Shown here one piece after another: positions 29,221 to 40,367 of a DNA stretch of 64,000 nucleotides; positions within the stretch are counted from its first letter, which is position 1; each line of letters opens with the position of its first letter. Below the pieces are notes generated by a model that saw only the letters and a list, made by a program, of their open reading frames with translations, was not told the origin of the DNA and did no database searches. This DNA comes from an uncultured delta proteobacterium (GTDB lineage Bacteria; Desulfobacterota; BSN033; UBA1163): the NCBI GenBank assembly GCA_963708295.1, contig CAVPSJ010000020.1:1-64000 (forward strand), given 5' to 3'. A program made the position numbers and the translations under genes.

Positions 29221-29232
29221 CACTTTTAATCA

Positions 29233-29586
29233 TTAAGTGCCTTGTAAGCGAATTCGAATCCTGTTTGGTTCTACTGTAATGATTGCGCCGGATCCAAGCT
29301 CATCTCCGTGAAGTTCAATCACTCGTAAGCAGGCTTCTGCTTGCTGCCTCGACGAAAGATTAACAAGCCGAACAATCCCCGAGTGAGGTCTACCATGGAC
29401 GATTGCCAACTCACCGAAGTCCTTATCCAGCGTTATGAGGATTCTGCCTTCCCGATGAGCCCTTTCCAATATTTCATCGTCACCGGGATTCTCGGGCCAA
29501 TCACCAGCCCAAAGGGTGTCATGGCCTTCAGATTGTAATTTTCTGCTGACACTGCTCGAAACACACGCGTCAAAGAGGAATTTCAC
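29233..29586 (-). CDS. DUF5615 PIN-like toxin
   Basis: MKFLFDAC, DDEILERA..EGRILITLDKDFG, H.GIV. Confidence 0.88.
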   Translation of the reverse strand: MKFLFDACVSSSVSRKLQSEGHDTLWAGDWPENPGDDEILERAHREGRILITLDKDFGELAIVHGRPHSGIVRLVNLSSRQQAEACLRVIELHGDELGSGAIITVEPNRIRIRLQGT

Positions 29587-29834
29587 GTTCCGGTCTCCAA
29601 CAGCAGGGGTTCGACCCTTTCGTGGCCGACCAGTCTTCGCGCATAGATTAAACAGGCCTTGATATCATCCTGCTCAAGCCAAGGATAGCCTTGCAGAATC
29701 GTCTCAGGGGTATCTCCCGCGGCAAGCATCCCAAGGACGTGCTCAACAGCAAGCCGTCGTCCTCGAATGATAGGCTTTCCTCCAAAAATCTTTGGATTTA
29801 CAGTGATTCTCTCCAAAAGCTTATTTTCATCCAT
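29583..29834 (-). CDS. DUF433 antitoxin
   Basis: RITVNPKIFGGKPIIRGRR, YPWLE.DDIKACL.YA; overlaps the toxin start. Confidence 0.9.
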   Translation of the reverse strand: MDENKLLERITVNPKIFGGKPIIRGRRLAVEHVLGMLAAGDTPETILQGYPWLEQDDIKACLIYARRLVGHERVEPLLLETGT

Positions 29835-30673
29835 AGGTTGCCTCCAGTGCTTAATTATTGACAATATAGCAAATCCATCGAGAGTTGAATAGTCCCTGCA
29901 AATATTATATCAAAATTAGCTCCTGGTTTCATTCTGCTGCTCCACATTCCGCAATCCCTGCCTGCCGAAGCCTCCTAGCGTAGGCAGGCGCATTTCAAAT
30001 TTCAAATTTAGATGTTGACATCCCTCCCGATTAGATCTAAAAGTAATCAAAATTGTTAGCTTCTGTCATTTTTGGACAAATTTTGATCAGGCCGAGTGAT
30101 CTAAAATAGATCGAACTATTTTTGTGCTGCAGGGATCGCCTGAGGATTTACGTTTTACTTTCATGGATTTATGCTATTTTCCATGCTTGCCCGCCGTAGT
30201 CCCGAGACGTAGGAGGGCGCTTTGCTTCGTGGGTGGCACAAAAAATGCTCTTATAAACCATCAGGATGTTGTTTTTCTTGATTTAGGTTTTACGTTTGCA
30301 TAGTTACATCAAGGGGACGTCCTCAAATTATAAGATTCCCAAAAAGGAGTAGAAAGGAGTCACCCATTAAAAGGCACCTGTCAAGAAATTAAACCACTCC
30401 TACCGTAAGAGGAGTTTCTTCTTCCCCTTCCGTCGTTGGTATCGGAATAAACGAGACAAATCAACAGAGTCATCCCCATCTCTTCCTTTGCCGTATTCTC
30501 TTTTGAGTTTGCAGTGTCCGTCTCGGAACGAGTCGCACCGACTTGACGGCACCAGTCACGTATCAAATCTTCATCCTTAACTTTTCTAGGGACAGAACAT
30601 TCGGAAAGTTGCTGCAAGGAGAAATAATGCCTGACAGGAGGAAGAAAACTGTGAGGGCAAACCACCGCCGGGC

Positions 30674-30702
30674 TTGCAGTATATCGAATATCGATATATA
30701 AT
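30674..30702 (+). promoter_or_regulatory. higBA promoter with palindromic operator
   Basis: TTGCAG, 17 bp, TATAAT; TATATCGA-ATA-TCGATATA palindrome (30680-98) spans the spacer; ATG at 30710 has no SD. Confidence 0.75.
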
Positions 30703-30709
30703 AAAGCTG

Positions 30710-30988
30710 ATGATCAAGAGTTTTCGTGATAAAGAAACTCAAGCCCTTTTCGAGGGGCGCTGCCCCCGCCGCTGGCAGGCCATCCGTAGAGTGGCTGAGC
30801 GGAAGTTGATTCAGTTGAATGCTGCGGCGACTCTTGATTTTCTCCGGGCGCCACCAGGCAACCGCCTGGAGGCACTGAAAGGGGACCGTGCAGGCCAGTA
30901 CAGCATCCGTATCAACGAACAATGGCGTGTGTGTTTTACCTGGACAGCCGGGGATGTATTTGACGTCGAGATTGTAGATTACCATTAA
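30710..30988 (+). CDS. higB: HigB (RelE-family) toxin
   Basis: MIKSFRDKET, PPGNRLEALKGDRAGQYSIRINEQWRVCF, EIVDYH. Confidence 0.93.
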   Translation: MIKSFRDKETQALFEGRCPRRWQAIRRVAERKLIQLNAAATLDFLRAPPGNRLEALKGDRAGQYSIRINEQWRVCFTWTAGDVFDVEIVDYH

Positions 30989-31000
30989 GGAGGCCTTATC

Positions 31001-31303
31001 ATGATCAAGAACGGTATGCGTCCGATTCATCCCGGTGAGATATTGCGTGAGGAATATATGGCGCCGCTGGGGCTGTCAGCCACCGCTTTGGCCCACGCGT
31101 TGGGTGTGACGCCCGCCCGCATCAACGATATTGTGCGCGGGCGGCGCGGCATCACAGCGGATACGGCGCTACGTCTGGCGCGGTACTTCGGCACGGATGC
31201 ACAATCGTGGATTAACTTGCAAACCGCATACGATCTCCGCGTGGCCGAGTTGGCGGCGGGTGCGACCATCGATCGCGTCGTGAAGCCTCGTCGGGCCGCG
31301 TAG
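31001..31303 (+). CDS. higA: HigA antitoxin
   Basis: PIHPGEILREE, ITADTALRLARYFGT, WINLQ..YDL. Confidence 0.93.
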   Translation: MIKNGMRPIHPGEILREEYMAPLGLSATALAHALGVTPARINDIVRGRRGITADTALRLARYFGTDAQSWINLQTAYDLRVAELAAGATIDRVVKPRRAA

Positions 31304-31339
31304 CATTCCGGGACGTGAGAGGCGAGGACGGATTAGAGC

Positions 31340-31535
31340 GTTGCGAGAGAAGGCACCTCTTCCGCTGGGGTTTAACGAGGTAATCTCGAGGCCGGCCCAT
31401 CTTCACACCGCTCACCGTTTGTCCAAAATATTTTCCAAAATGGATCGAGTCGCCCGTCATCAGATCATCGACTTTATTTGATAGAGCGGCCATGAGCACG
31501 GGTCGATCTTTCTCCGGTCATTCAATAGGGCAGGG
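31340..31535 (-). pseudogene. PIN-domain toxin remnant (ends approximate)
   Basis: PCPIE*PEKDRPVLMAALSNKVDDLMTGDSIHFGKYFGQTVSGVK..PRDYL; internal stop and no N-terminus. Confidence 0.55.
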
Positions 31536-31706
31536 AGCGTGGGATACTATCTTCGGGCTTCAGACCGGGGAGTCGAATGGGTTGATTGAATGCATTTGTA
31601 TCGGTTGCGAAAGGGACGAGATTGGATTATCCTTTGGGTCATGATTCAATATGGTTTGGCGGATGGATAAGGTTAGAAACGAAAAACCTTCATTTAAGCG
31701 AATGCC

Positions 31707-34700
31707 ATGGCCCGTGCCGTCCTGGAAAAAGACTCGATCCTCTCCTTTCCCCATTTTACCCTCTTGAAGGCTTCTGCCGGTTCCGGAAAGACCTACTCCC
31801 TCGCCGAGAGATTTGTCCAGGTCCTTCTGTCCAGCCACATTCCCCAGAACCATCTCAGAAATATACTGGCCATCACCTTTTCGAATAACGCTGCGAAGGA
31901 GATGAAAGAGCGCATTCTCTCGTGGCTCAAGGACCTTTATTTCAACGACCCCAAAAAGATCGAGGAGATCTCTGAAATCGTCTCCATGAAGAAGGAGCAC
32001 CTCGGAGAAAAAGCCGGGGCCAGGATCGATGAGATTCTAAAAAACTACACCGAATTCCAGGTGAAGACCATCGACAGCTTCATGACCTCCATTTACAAGG
32101 CCTCCGCCGTAGATTTGGGATATAGCCCTGACTTCGAGATCGTCATGACCCCGGAAGGCATCATGGCCTATGCCTTCAATCGATTTCTTCGGGGAGTCCG
32201 AGAAAAGACTCCGGAGGCTGAATTTCTCGAAAGACTCCTGGGAATCATCGTTGAGAACAGGGGAGGGGAGTCTGCCTACCTCTGGGATCCCTCCGAGGAT
32301 TTTCTTGAAGAAACCGTGGAGCTTTACCGTCAGCTCTCGGGGATCGTCAAAGAGGCAAAGATCTTTGACGCAGAGAAAGAGATCGAATCCATCAAGCGAG
32401 AGATTCAGAAGGCGGCGGAGAGGCTGAACGGTTTGATCGAAGCATCGGGTCTCACCAAAAGCAAGGGAAGTTCATTTTACAGAATTTTGGAGGCGGTCAG
32501 AAACAATCATTTTCCTGACCTCGTCGACAAAGGTCTTTCGAATGTTCCCGTCGTCAAACCCAAGAAGGAAGGGGAGATCACCGGGTACGAGAAAATATCC
32601 GAAGCGTGGAGCCTCCTCGGCAATCAGATCAGGGAATATGTCGAATTCTATGCGGCGACCTATTACGTTCCCTATCTGAGGACCTATGAGGCCTTCAAGG
32701 ATATCCTTGAAGATGTCAAAAAGAGAGAAGGGACGATCTTCATTCATGACATCAACAAAAAGCTTTCGGACTATCTCCGCCGTGAAATTGTGCCCGATGT
32801 CTACTTTCGGATCGGAGAGACGGTCTATCACTACCTGATCGATGAATTCCAGGACACCTCTCCCATGCAGTGGGCCAACCTGTTTCCCCTCATCGAAAAC
32901 TCCCTTTCCCAGGGAGGAAGTCTCTTTGCCGTCGGTGACACCAAGCAGGCGATCTATGGCTTCAGAAACGCAGATTACAGGATCATGAAGGGGCTTGAAT
33001 CCAAAAATCCTTTTTCCTCCGCCCTGCACAGCGTCCAAGAGCTGGAGATCAATTACCGCAGCCGCGAGGGGATTGTCGATTTCGGCAGGGCCTTCTTCAA
33101 GCAGGTGATCGCTCACCATGACAAATACAGGGAGCCTGCGAGCAGGAGCGGGCTCATCGATTATGAACAAAAAGTGAAGGAAGACCGCAGGGGATCGGGA
33201 TTTGCGGAAGTGATCCTCTGCGAGAAGCTGGAGGACGAACCTGCTGAAAGAAAGAAGATCCAGGATTTAATCAAAGAGATCATCGGGAGGGGGTACCTTT
33301 ACTCGGACATTGCGATCCTGGCCTATCGAAACGAAGATGTGGTGAATATTACCACGTGGCTCAATGAGATCAACGTGCCTTTCATCTCCTACAGCAGCCT
33401 TGACATGAGAACAAGGAAACTCACTGCAGAGATCGTTGCCCTGCTCTCCTTTCTCGATTCTCCGCCCGATGATCTTTCCTTCGCGGGGTTTGTCCTGGGA
33501 GAAATCTTCAGGAAAGCCCTGGAAAGAGACGAAAAGACCTTCAAATTGGAAACGTTGCATGCGTTTTTCTTCAGGAACCGGAAGAAATCCCCCCTCTATA
33601 AAGCCTTTCAGGAGGAATTTCCTGATCTCTGGGAGATTTATTTTGAAGATCTCTTCAAGTCGACGGGTTATCTCCCTCTCTATGACCTGGTGAACATGAT
33701 TTATTGCAGGTACAAGGTGTTCGATACTTTCGGGGAAGAGGAGGCCACCCTCATCAAGATCCTGGAGGTCATAAAAAATTTTGAGGGAGAAGGCAGAAAC
33801 AATCCCGGCGATTTCCTCAGAGGCGCCATGGACGAAGAGGAAGGCGAGCCGGATTGGACCATCGATGTCCCTGCGGGAATCCCCGCCGTGAAGGTGATGA
33901 CCATCCACAAGGCAAAGGGATTGGGGTTCCCGGTAGTCCTCCTTCTGCTTTATGAGGAAGCAACGCGGGGTTTCAAGTACATTCTTGATGACAAGACGGA
34001 TGGAGTCCATTTGCTCAAGATCAACCAGCAGATCATGAGAGCCAGCGATTTTCTGCAAGAGAGATATGAAGAAGAAAGGCTCAAGGATCTGGTAAACAAG
34101 CTCAATACCCTTTATGTGGGTTTTACGCGGGCCGAAGAAGAGCTTTATATCATCGGAGTCCAGGGGAAGAGAGTGCAATTCCCAATGGATCTCCTGAAGG
34201 AGATGGATTCTCAAACCGGAAAGAAGCGCCCTCCTGAATCCCGCTCTCCTGGAACGACCCAAGAAAAAATGGGGATCCTTCATCCCCCTGACCCGATCCG
34301 ATTCCCCTTTGCAGGCGTTGAGGAGCTCAACCTGGAGGAAAGGATGAGAGGGGAGCTTGTTCACAGGGTCCTCTCTTTGGTCGACGGCTTGGATGAAAAC
34401 ACCGCATCGGACCTCGAGCGGATCATCCGGCGGGCGAATAACGAATTAAAGACCGACTTCCCCCAGGAAGCCATGAAGAAGAGTCTCCTGGAATTTCTGA
34501 ACCATAAAGAAGTAAGCCCTTATTTCCAGGCCGTTCCAGGGAGGGCCATCAAAAAGGAGCAGGAATTTTCAGATTCCCGGGGAAATCTCTTCAGAATGGA
34601 CAGGGTGATCTTCGAAGAAGACCAGATTTCCGTCATGGATTATAAGACAGGGACCGACAGAAAAGCAGAGAAGGAGCATATCTCCCAGCTCAAGAATTAT

Positions 34701-34811
34701 ATCCGGATCTTAAAAGAGATTTATCCGGATAAGAAGGTCGAGGGTGTCATTGCTTACGTGGATCTGAAAGAGATGGAAAGGTCGAAAGGAAAAGCTTTGG
34801 TTCGTAGTTGA
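31707..34811 (+). CDS. addA: AddA-like UvrD helicase/nuclease
   Basis: ASAGSGKT, AITFSN, IDEFQDT, VGDTKQAIYGFR, MTIHKAKGL, YVGFTRA, C-terminal MDR..DYKTG..QL..Y. Confidence 0.9.
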   Translation: MARAVLEKDSILSFPHFTLLKASAGSGKTYSLAERFVQVLLSSHIPQNHLRNILAITFSNNAAKEMKERILSWLKDLYFNDPKKIEEISEIVSMKKEHLGEKAGARIDEILKNYTEFQVKTIDSFMTSIYKASAVDLGYSPDFEIVMTPEGIMAYAFNRFLRGVREKTPEAEFLERLLGIIVENRGGESAYLWDPSEDFLEETVELYRQLSGIVKEAKIFDAEKEIESIKREIQKAAERLNGLIEASGLTKSKGSSFYRILEAVRNNHFPDLVDKGLSNVPVVKPKKEGEITGYEKISEAWSLLGNQIREYVEFYAATYYVPYLRTYEAFKDILEDVKKREGTIFIHDINKKLSDYLRREIVPDVYFRIGETVYHYLIDEFQDTSPMQWANLFPLIENSLSQGGSLFAVGDTKQAIYGFRNADYRIMKGLESKNPFSSALHSVQELEINYRSREGIVDFGRAFFKQVIAHHDKYREPASRSGLIDYEQKVKEDRRGSGFAEVILCEKLEDEPAERKKIQDLIKEIIGRGYLYSDIAILAYRNEDVVNITTWLNEINVPFISYSSLDMRTRKLTAEIVALLSFLDSPPDDLSFAGFVLGEIFRKALERDEKTFKLETLHAFFFRNRKKSPLYKAFQEEFPDLWEIYFEDLFKSTGYLPLYDLVNMIYCRYKVFDTFGEEEATLIKILEVIKNFEGEGRNNPGDFLRGAMDEEEGEPDWTIDVPAGIPAVKVMTIHKAKGLGFPVVLLLLYEEATRGFKYILDDKTDGVHLLKINQQIMRASDFLQERYEEERLKDLVNKLNTLYVGFTRAEEELYIIGVQGKRVQFPMDLLKEMDSQTGKKRPPESRSPGTTQEKMGILHPPDPIRFPFAGVEELNLEERMRGELVHRVLSLVDGLDENTASDLERIIRRANNELKTDFPQEAMKKSLLEFLNHKEVSPYFQAVPGRAIKKEQEFSDSRGNLFRMDRVIFEEDQISVMDYKTGTDRKAEKEHISQLKNYIRILKEIYPDKKVEGVIAYVDLKEMERSKGKALVRS

Positions 34812-34822
34812 GGAGCTGCGAT

Positions 34823-34948
34823 CCATCCCCCTCCCAACCTCCCCCTTGAAGGGGGAGGGATAAAAAAATTCCCGTTGAAGAGGAGGAGTCAAGAAGTCGC
34901 CCCGACTGTTCCCTCCCCTTCAAGGGGAGGGTGAGGGTGGGGATGGGG
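34823..34948. repeat. Inverted pair of REP-like palindromes between addA and addB
   Basis: ccatccccctcccaacctcccccttgaagggggagg and its inverted partner ccctccccttcaaggggagggtgagggtggggatgg. Confidence 0.75.
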
Positions 34949-34968
34949 GGTGTAAAGTAGGGAATCAA

Positions 34969-37791
34969 ATGAACGTCCTTTTGGTTTCTTCATCGGAGAA
35001 TCTGATTGAAAAAGTAGCGGACCATCTCGTCGGCATGGGGAGGGACTATTCTTCGAACCTCGTGATCTTTCCGGGCAAGAGACCCTCTTATTTTCTCAGG
35101 AAAGTTCTGGCGGATCGTGAGAAGTCGAGTTTCATCCCGCCTCTGATTCTCTCCATGGATGAGTTCATTGAACATGTCCATGACGAATCCCTGGGGCTTG
35201 AGGGGAGGAAACTCGAAGCCATCGATGCGGTTTCGATCCTTTACAACATTCATGCCGCCTCGCCCGAACATCTGGGAAGGAGGAGTTTTCTCAGTCCCGA
35301 CACGTTCTTTCCGGTCGGGATGAAACTGTACAAAGACCTGGAAGAGCTTACGATTGAAGGGATATCCCCGAAGAAGGTCAGAGAGGTCGACAGCATCGCC
35401 GGGGAGAACATCCCTCAGGCGACGGCGAGGAGACTTCAATCGCTCTCGTATTTCTACGAAGCGTTCTACCAACGGATGGAGGAAGGGCATTTTTCCACGA
35501 GGTCTTCGAGATACCGGGCGGTTTCGGAGAAGATCGACCGTTTAAATCTGGCTCGTTTTCAGAAAGTGATCGCCGCAGGTTTCTTTGCCCTGACCGAGTC
35601 GGAGAAAAATATCTTTAAATCCCTGATGAAAAGGGAAAACAGCCTCTTCCTTTTTCAGGAGGGAGAGGGGATGAAGAAGAAGCTGTCCGGCCTGGGGATA
35701 CCGATCCAAAAGGAATTCCAGCCCGCCGAGCCTGAGATCCATTGCTATAAGAGTCCGGATTCCCATGGCCAGGTCCTCGGTGTAAGCACCCTCTTGAAGG
35801 ACAGGATCGACCAGAAAGAACGGATGGGCGAAAACATGGTCATCGTTCTTCCCTCTTCGGAAGCCTTGATTCCCCTTTTCCACCAGGCCCTGAGTCGCCT
35901 CGAGCCGGACAACTACAATGTCTCGCTCGGTTACCCTCTTCAGAGAACCCCGCTCTTCGGTTTTTTCAATAATCTCATGGAGGTGGTTTCTACCATGGAT
36001 GGGGATCGTCTCTATGTCCCCTATTACCTGGAGTTCGTTCTTCATCCTTATACGAAGAATATCTATTTTCAGGGGAAGGGAGAGATCACCCGGATTCTTT
36101 TCCATACCGTCGAGGAGACCCTGACCGCGAAGCGAACCAGGAAGTTTTTGTCCCTGGAAGAACTGGAGAACGATGAGGCCATCCTCCATGCCATCCAGGA
36201 TAAACTATTGAAGGCTGATCCGGGGATAACCCTGGAGGGGATGAGAGACCATCTCGGGACGATCCATGGGCATACCCTCCGGAAGATGCTCTCTTTTGAA
36301 AACGTAGGGGACTTTGCAGGGAAACTGAAAGAGGTGATCGAATACATTTATCAAAACAGCACGGCCCGTCTCCATCCCTTTTTCTATCCCTATTCGGACT
36401 CCTTCCTCACCCACCTGGACATCCTCTCGAAGTCCATGATGAAGGAGATCCAGTTTCACGAGGTCACAAGCTATTTCAACCTCTTTAAGAAATATATCAT
36501 GACTTCCTATACTCCTTTCGCCGGAACACCTCTGAGAGGAGTCCAGGTCCTTGGGTTCCTGGAAACGAGGAATCTAAAATTTGAGAAGGTCTTCTTTCTC
36601 GACGCGAATGAGGGCATCCTCCCGGATACGACGAGAGAGGATTCTTTCTTGCCGTTCAAAGCCAGACAGATCTTGGGGCTTCCCACCTATCTCGACAGGG
36701 AAGAGATGATGTTCTACACCTTCGATACGCTGATCCGGGGAGCCAAGGAGTCCCATCTTTTTTACGTCGAAAATGATGAGAAAGAGAAGAGCAGGTTTGT
36801 CGAGAGGCTCCTCTGGGAGAGGCAGAAAAGAGAGGGTAAAAGGGATGACAAGGGCTATGTGAAGACCATCCAGTACGCCGTCAACCTGAGAGAGGAGAAC
36901 CCGCGTCCCGTTCCTAAATCGGCGGAGATGGTCCGGTTCTTAAAGGAGTATTCCTTCAGCGCCAGCTCTTTAAATATCTACCTCTCCTGTCCCCTCCGGT
37001 TCTATTACGAATATGCTCTGGGGCTGAGGGAGAGGGAGATCCTCTCGGACGAGTTTGAGAAAGAAGAAATCGGATCGTTTGTTCACCTCGTCCTTTTCGA
37101 TTACTTGAAGAGAAAGGCAGGATCGGTTCTGACTGAAAGGGAGATGAATCTCAAGGAATTCGAAAAAGTCTTCGCTGAGAATTTCGAGGAGCAATACGGA
37201 AAAGACCCTACGGGTGAGAGCTATCTCCTCAGGAACCAGGTGGAAAGGCATTTGAAAGATTTCATCAGGAATTACCAGGTGCCGAGGATCAAGGAGTTTC
37301 GGACAAAAATCCTGGGTCTTGAGCAGCGGGTGGACGTGAAGATGGATTCCTTCAAGCTCGGGGCGCGGCTCGACCGGGTCGAGAAGAGGGGGGAGAGGAC
37401 CGCCATCATCGATTACAAGACATCCGCGAATAAGAATTATCTTACCATCCGTTATCAAAAGCTCGACCTGAAGAGCAGGGATTCCTGGGGCGAAGCCATC
37501 GGAACGCTTCAGCTCCCGTTCTATCTCCTCACTTATTCTCACTTAACGGGAGAAAAGCCGGAGGCCATCGATTGTATGTTCTTACTCCTCGGGAGGACGA
37601 GGATCGGCCCTGACATCGAAGTCCCCCTCTTCAGGGACGAAGCCGAGTTCAGGGAGAATTATGGAAATCTGACGGAGGTGATTTTCAGTCTCCTGAGAGA
37701 AATCGTGAACCCGGGTCAACCCTTCATGCCTACCGTTGACCCAAAGAAAAACTGCGGGAAGTGTCCGTATGGTTATATTTGCACAAATTAG
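34969..37791 (+). CDS. addB: AddB-like PD-(D/E)XK nuclease subunit with Fe-S staple
   Basis: FSASSL..YLSCP, RLDRVE..IIDYKT, LQL..Y, CGKCPYGYIC. Confidence 0.88.
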   Translation: MNVLLVSSSENLIEKVADHLVGMGRDYSSNLVIFPGKRPSYFLRKVLADREKSSFIPPLILSMDEFIEHVHDESLGLEGRKLEAIDAVSILYNIHAASPEHLGRRSFLSPDTFFPVGMKLYKDLEELTIEGISPKKVREVDSIAGENIPQATARRLQSLSYFYEAFYQRMEEGHFSTRSSRYRAVSEKIDRLNLARFQKVIAAGFFALTESEKNIFKSLMKRENSLFLFQEGEGMKKKLSGLGIPIQKEFQPAEPEIHCYKSPDSHGQVLGVSTLLKDRIDQKERMGENMVIVLPSSEALIPLFHQALSRLEPDNYNVSLGYPLQRTPLFGFFNNLMEVVSTMDGDRLYVPYYLEFVLHPYTKNIYFQGKGEITRILFHTVEETLTAKRTRKFLSLEELENDEAILHAIQDKLLKADPGITLEGMRDHLGTIHGHTLRKMLSFENVGDFAGKLKEVIEYIYQNSTARLHPFFYPYSDSFLTHLDILSKSMMKEIQFHEVTSYFNLFKKYIMTSYTPFAGTPLRGVQVLGFLETRNLKFEKVFFLDANEGILPDTTREDSFLPFKARQILGLPTYLDREEMMFYTFDTLIRGAKESHLFYVENDEKEKSRFVERLLWERQKREGKRDDKGYVKTIQYAVNLREENPRPVPKSAEMVRFLKEYSFSASSLNIYLSCPLRFYYEYALGLREREILSDEFEKEEIGSFVHLVLFDYLKRKAGSVLTEREMNLKEFEKVFAENFEEQYGKDPTGESYLLRNQVERHLKDFIRNYQVPRIKEFRTKILGLEQRVDVKMDSFKLGARLDRVEKRGERTAIIDYKTSANKNYLTIRYQKLDLKSRDSWGEAIGTLQLPFYLLTYSHLTGEKPEAIDCMFLLLGRTRIGPDIEVPLFRDEAEFRENYGNLTEVIFSLLREIVNPGQPFMPTVDPKKNCGKCPYGYICTN

Positions 37792-37940
37792 CAGGTTGCT
37801 GAAAAATGGCCACCTGCTGCGTTTCCCTCTTCCTTCGTCGTTGCGGCGTACCGCCAAGTACGCCTCACTTCTCAGGATTTCGGGGGCCTTGCATCTGGCC
37901 CTTTTTGAGCAACCTGGAAAAGATGACTTTTTCAGGACCT
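37789..37940. mobile_element. MITE-like element, copy 1
   Basis: Begins TAGCAGGTTGCTGAAAAA; core nearly identical to 48263-48499. Confidence 0.6.
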
Positions 37941-37961
37941 TTCGATGAAAGCGAGGACAAT

Positions 37962-39507
37962 ATGAACGGCGCGGAAAGCTTGATCCGGACCCTCATCGCC
38001 TCCGGGGTGGAGGTTTGCTTCGCCAATGCGGGGACCTCTGAGATCCACTTTGTCCTTGCCCTTGACAAGATCGAGGGCATGCGATGCATCCTCGGAATGG
38101 CTGAGACCGTGGTCACCGGCTGCGCCGACGGCTATGCGAGAATGGCGGAAAGACCGGCCATGACGCTGCTTCACTGCGGACCCGGCTTTGCCAACGGCAT
38201 TGCCAACCTGCACAATGCGCGCAGGGCGAATACACCCATCGTGAACATCGTCGGCGACCAAGCTTCTTACCATCGGCCTTTCGACCCACCGTTGGCTGCG
38301 GATACCGAGGGGCTGGCTCGCGCGGTTTCCCACTGGGTTCGAACGAGCGGTTCCGCAAAGGAGGCGTCCCTGGATGGCGCAGAGGCCGTACAGGCCGCGC
38401 GAACCCCTCCGGGGCAGATTGCCACGCTGATCGTGCCGGCCGATGTTGCCTGGGGTGAGGGAGGCGTTCCGGCAGCGCCCCTGCCGGTGACGCCACGCCA
38501 GCCGGTGGCGCCGGAGGCTGTCCGGAAGGCGGCGCGGATTCTCCGTGCCGGTGAGCAAGTCCTGCTGCTCCTGAGCGGGCCGGCCCTGACCGAGAGCCGG
38601 TCTCTATGCCGCCTATCGGATTGCCCACGCGTCCGGTGCAAGGCTTCGGACGCCGATGCAGGTGCCGCGCATGGCCCGCGGCCGGGGCAGGGTGCCGGTA
38701 GAGCGGGTGCCGTACGTGGTCGACACGGCCCTCCGTGCGTTATCAGGGCTCAAACACGTCATCCTCGTCGGCGCAAAGCCTCCAGCCGGGTTCTTCGCCT
38801 ATCCGGGGAAACCGAGCCTGATGACTCCTGAGGACTGCACGATGACGGTGCTTGCGCGGCCGGAGCAGGATGGAACGGCCGCCCTCCAGGCACTTGCGGA
38901 TGAGATCGGCGCGCCTCGTGTCGTGCGGATTGAAGAGACGGGCCCGAAGCCGCATCTTGTCAGCGGTCCCTTCGAGTCGGAGGCCTTCGGGCTGACCCTG
39001 GCCACACTCCTGCCCGAGAACGCGATTGTCGTCGATGACTCGGTCACTTCGGGTAGATCGGTCTTTCCGGCCACGTTCAACGCGGCGCCCCATGATTGGT
39101 TCCAGGGGACCGGCGGCGCGATCGGCCACGGCTTTCCGTGCGCTACGGGCGCTGCCGTGGCCTGCCCGGACCGCAAGGTCGTGTGCCTTCAGGCCGACGG
39201 GGCTGGCATGTATTCGCTGCAAGCGCTGTGGACCCAGGCGCGCGAAAAGCTTGACGTCGTGAACATCGTCTTTGCCAACCGCGTGTACAAAATTCTTTAC
39301 GGGGAACTGCGGTCCACGGGCGCGGAGCCCGGGCGCGCGTCCGACACCCTCTTCGACCTCGGGCATCCTGACCTCGACTGGGTCGGTTTGGCCAAGAGTG
39401 TGGGGGTGGAAGCAGTCAGCGTAGAGACACTGGAGGGGTTTGCCGATACATTCCGCGCCGCCTGCGGCCGCCGGGGACCGTTTCTGATTGAATTCCGGAT
39501 TCTCTAG
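37962..39507 (+). CDS. TPP-dependent acetolactate synthase large-subunit-like protein (frameshift at 38600-38650)
   Basis: MNGAESL, GTSEIH, ADGYAR, LHCGPG, TPP motif ADGAGMY..LWTQARE..FAN. Confidence 0.85.
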
Positions 39508-39780
39508 GGCTGCGGTAAACCCCGGCTCCCCGTTTCTTCCTTTCTTGACAGGATGGACGAATAACTGTCATACTGACCTTCGGTGAGAGAGGGAAGCCCA
39601 TATCAGATGGGGAATGCGCCTGCCTGCCGGTAGGCAGGGATTCCGGAATTGAAACGAAGAACACCATGGAAGAGCGCACGGGGCAGAGATGAAGCTCAGA
39701 GTGGATGTGGATCGGGTGGGTTGAGCGGAGCAGACTTCAACCCGAGAGCACGTTCTTGTGAACCATTCAGGAGGGGAGTC

Positions 39781-40311
39781 ATGAAGCATTTCGTCAAAGG
39801 GTTGATCTTTGTTCTGGCCGCCTTTTCGGTTAACCAAGCTGCCCTGGCTGTTGAAATGGGCGAGATTCCTCCGAGGGTAGAATTGAAAGAAAAACTGGGG
39901 GGACGGCTGGATGGAACTCCCTGGAGCAGCGAGGAGTTACGAGGGAAGGTTCATGTCCTTTTTTACGTCGATCCTGACGAAAAAGATACGAACAATGACG
40001 CCAGCGAAGCTCTGGATAAAGAGAAGTTTCCCGGCGATAGGTATCAATCGGTTGGGATCATCAACATGGCAGCGACCTGGCTTCCCAACTTTGCCATTTC
40101 TTCGTCCCTCAAAGATAAACAGAAGCGGTATCCCAGAACCATCTATGTGCGGGATGACAAGAAAGCGTTGGTGAATGCGTGGAAGATTGCCGACAACAGC
40201 AGCAATGTTCTCGCCTTTGACAAACAAGGGAAACTGATCTTTCGAAAAGACGGAAAGCTCAGCGCGGAGGACATCCAGGCACTCATCAAAGCCATCCGGG
40301 ATCATTTGTGA
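39781..40311 (+). CDS. YtfJ-family exported protein
   Basis: Signal peptide, WSSEELRGKVHVLFYVDPD, INMAATW, YVRDD..AW. Confidence 0.7.
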   Translation: MKHFVKGLIFVLAAFSVNQAALAVEMGEIPPRVELKEKLGGRLDGTPWSSEELRGKVHVLFYVDPDEKDTNNDASEALDKEKFPGDRYQSVGIINMAATWLPNFAISSSLKDKQKRYPRTIYVRDDKKALVNAWKIADNSSNVLAFDKQGKLIFRKDGKLSAEDIQALIKAIRDHL

Positions 40312-40367
40312 TCTTTAAAGCATCCCAGGAGAGTGAGGACGAGCAAACGGAAAGGAGATGAGAAGAG

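Noticed and set aside
31518-31520. In-frame TGA in the PIN remnant as Sec
   Set aside because: The position is not a Cys site in PIN domains and the gene lacks its N-terminus; read as a nonsense mutation.
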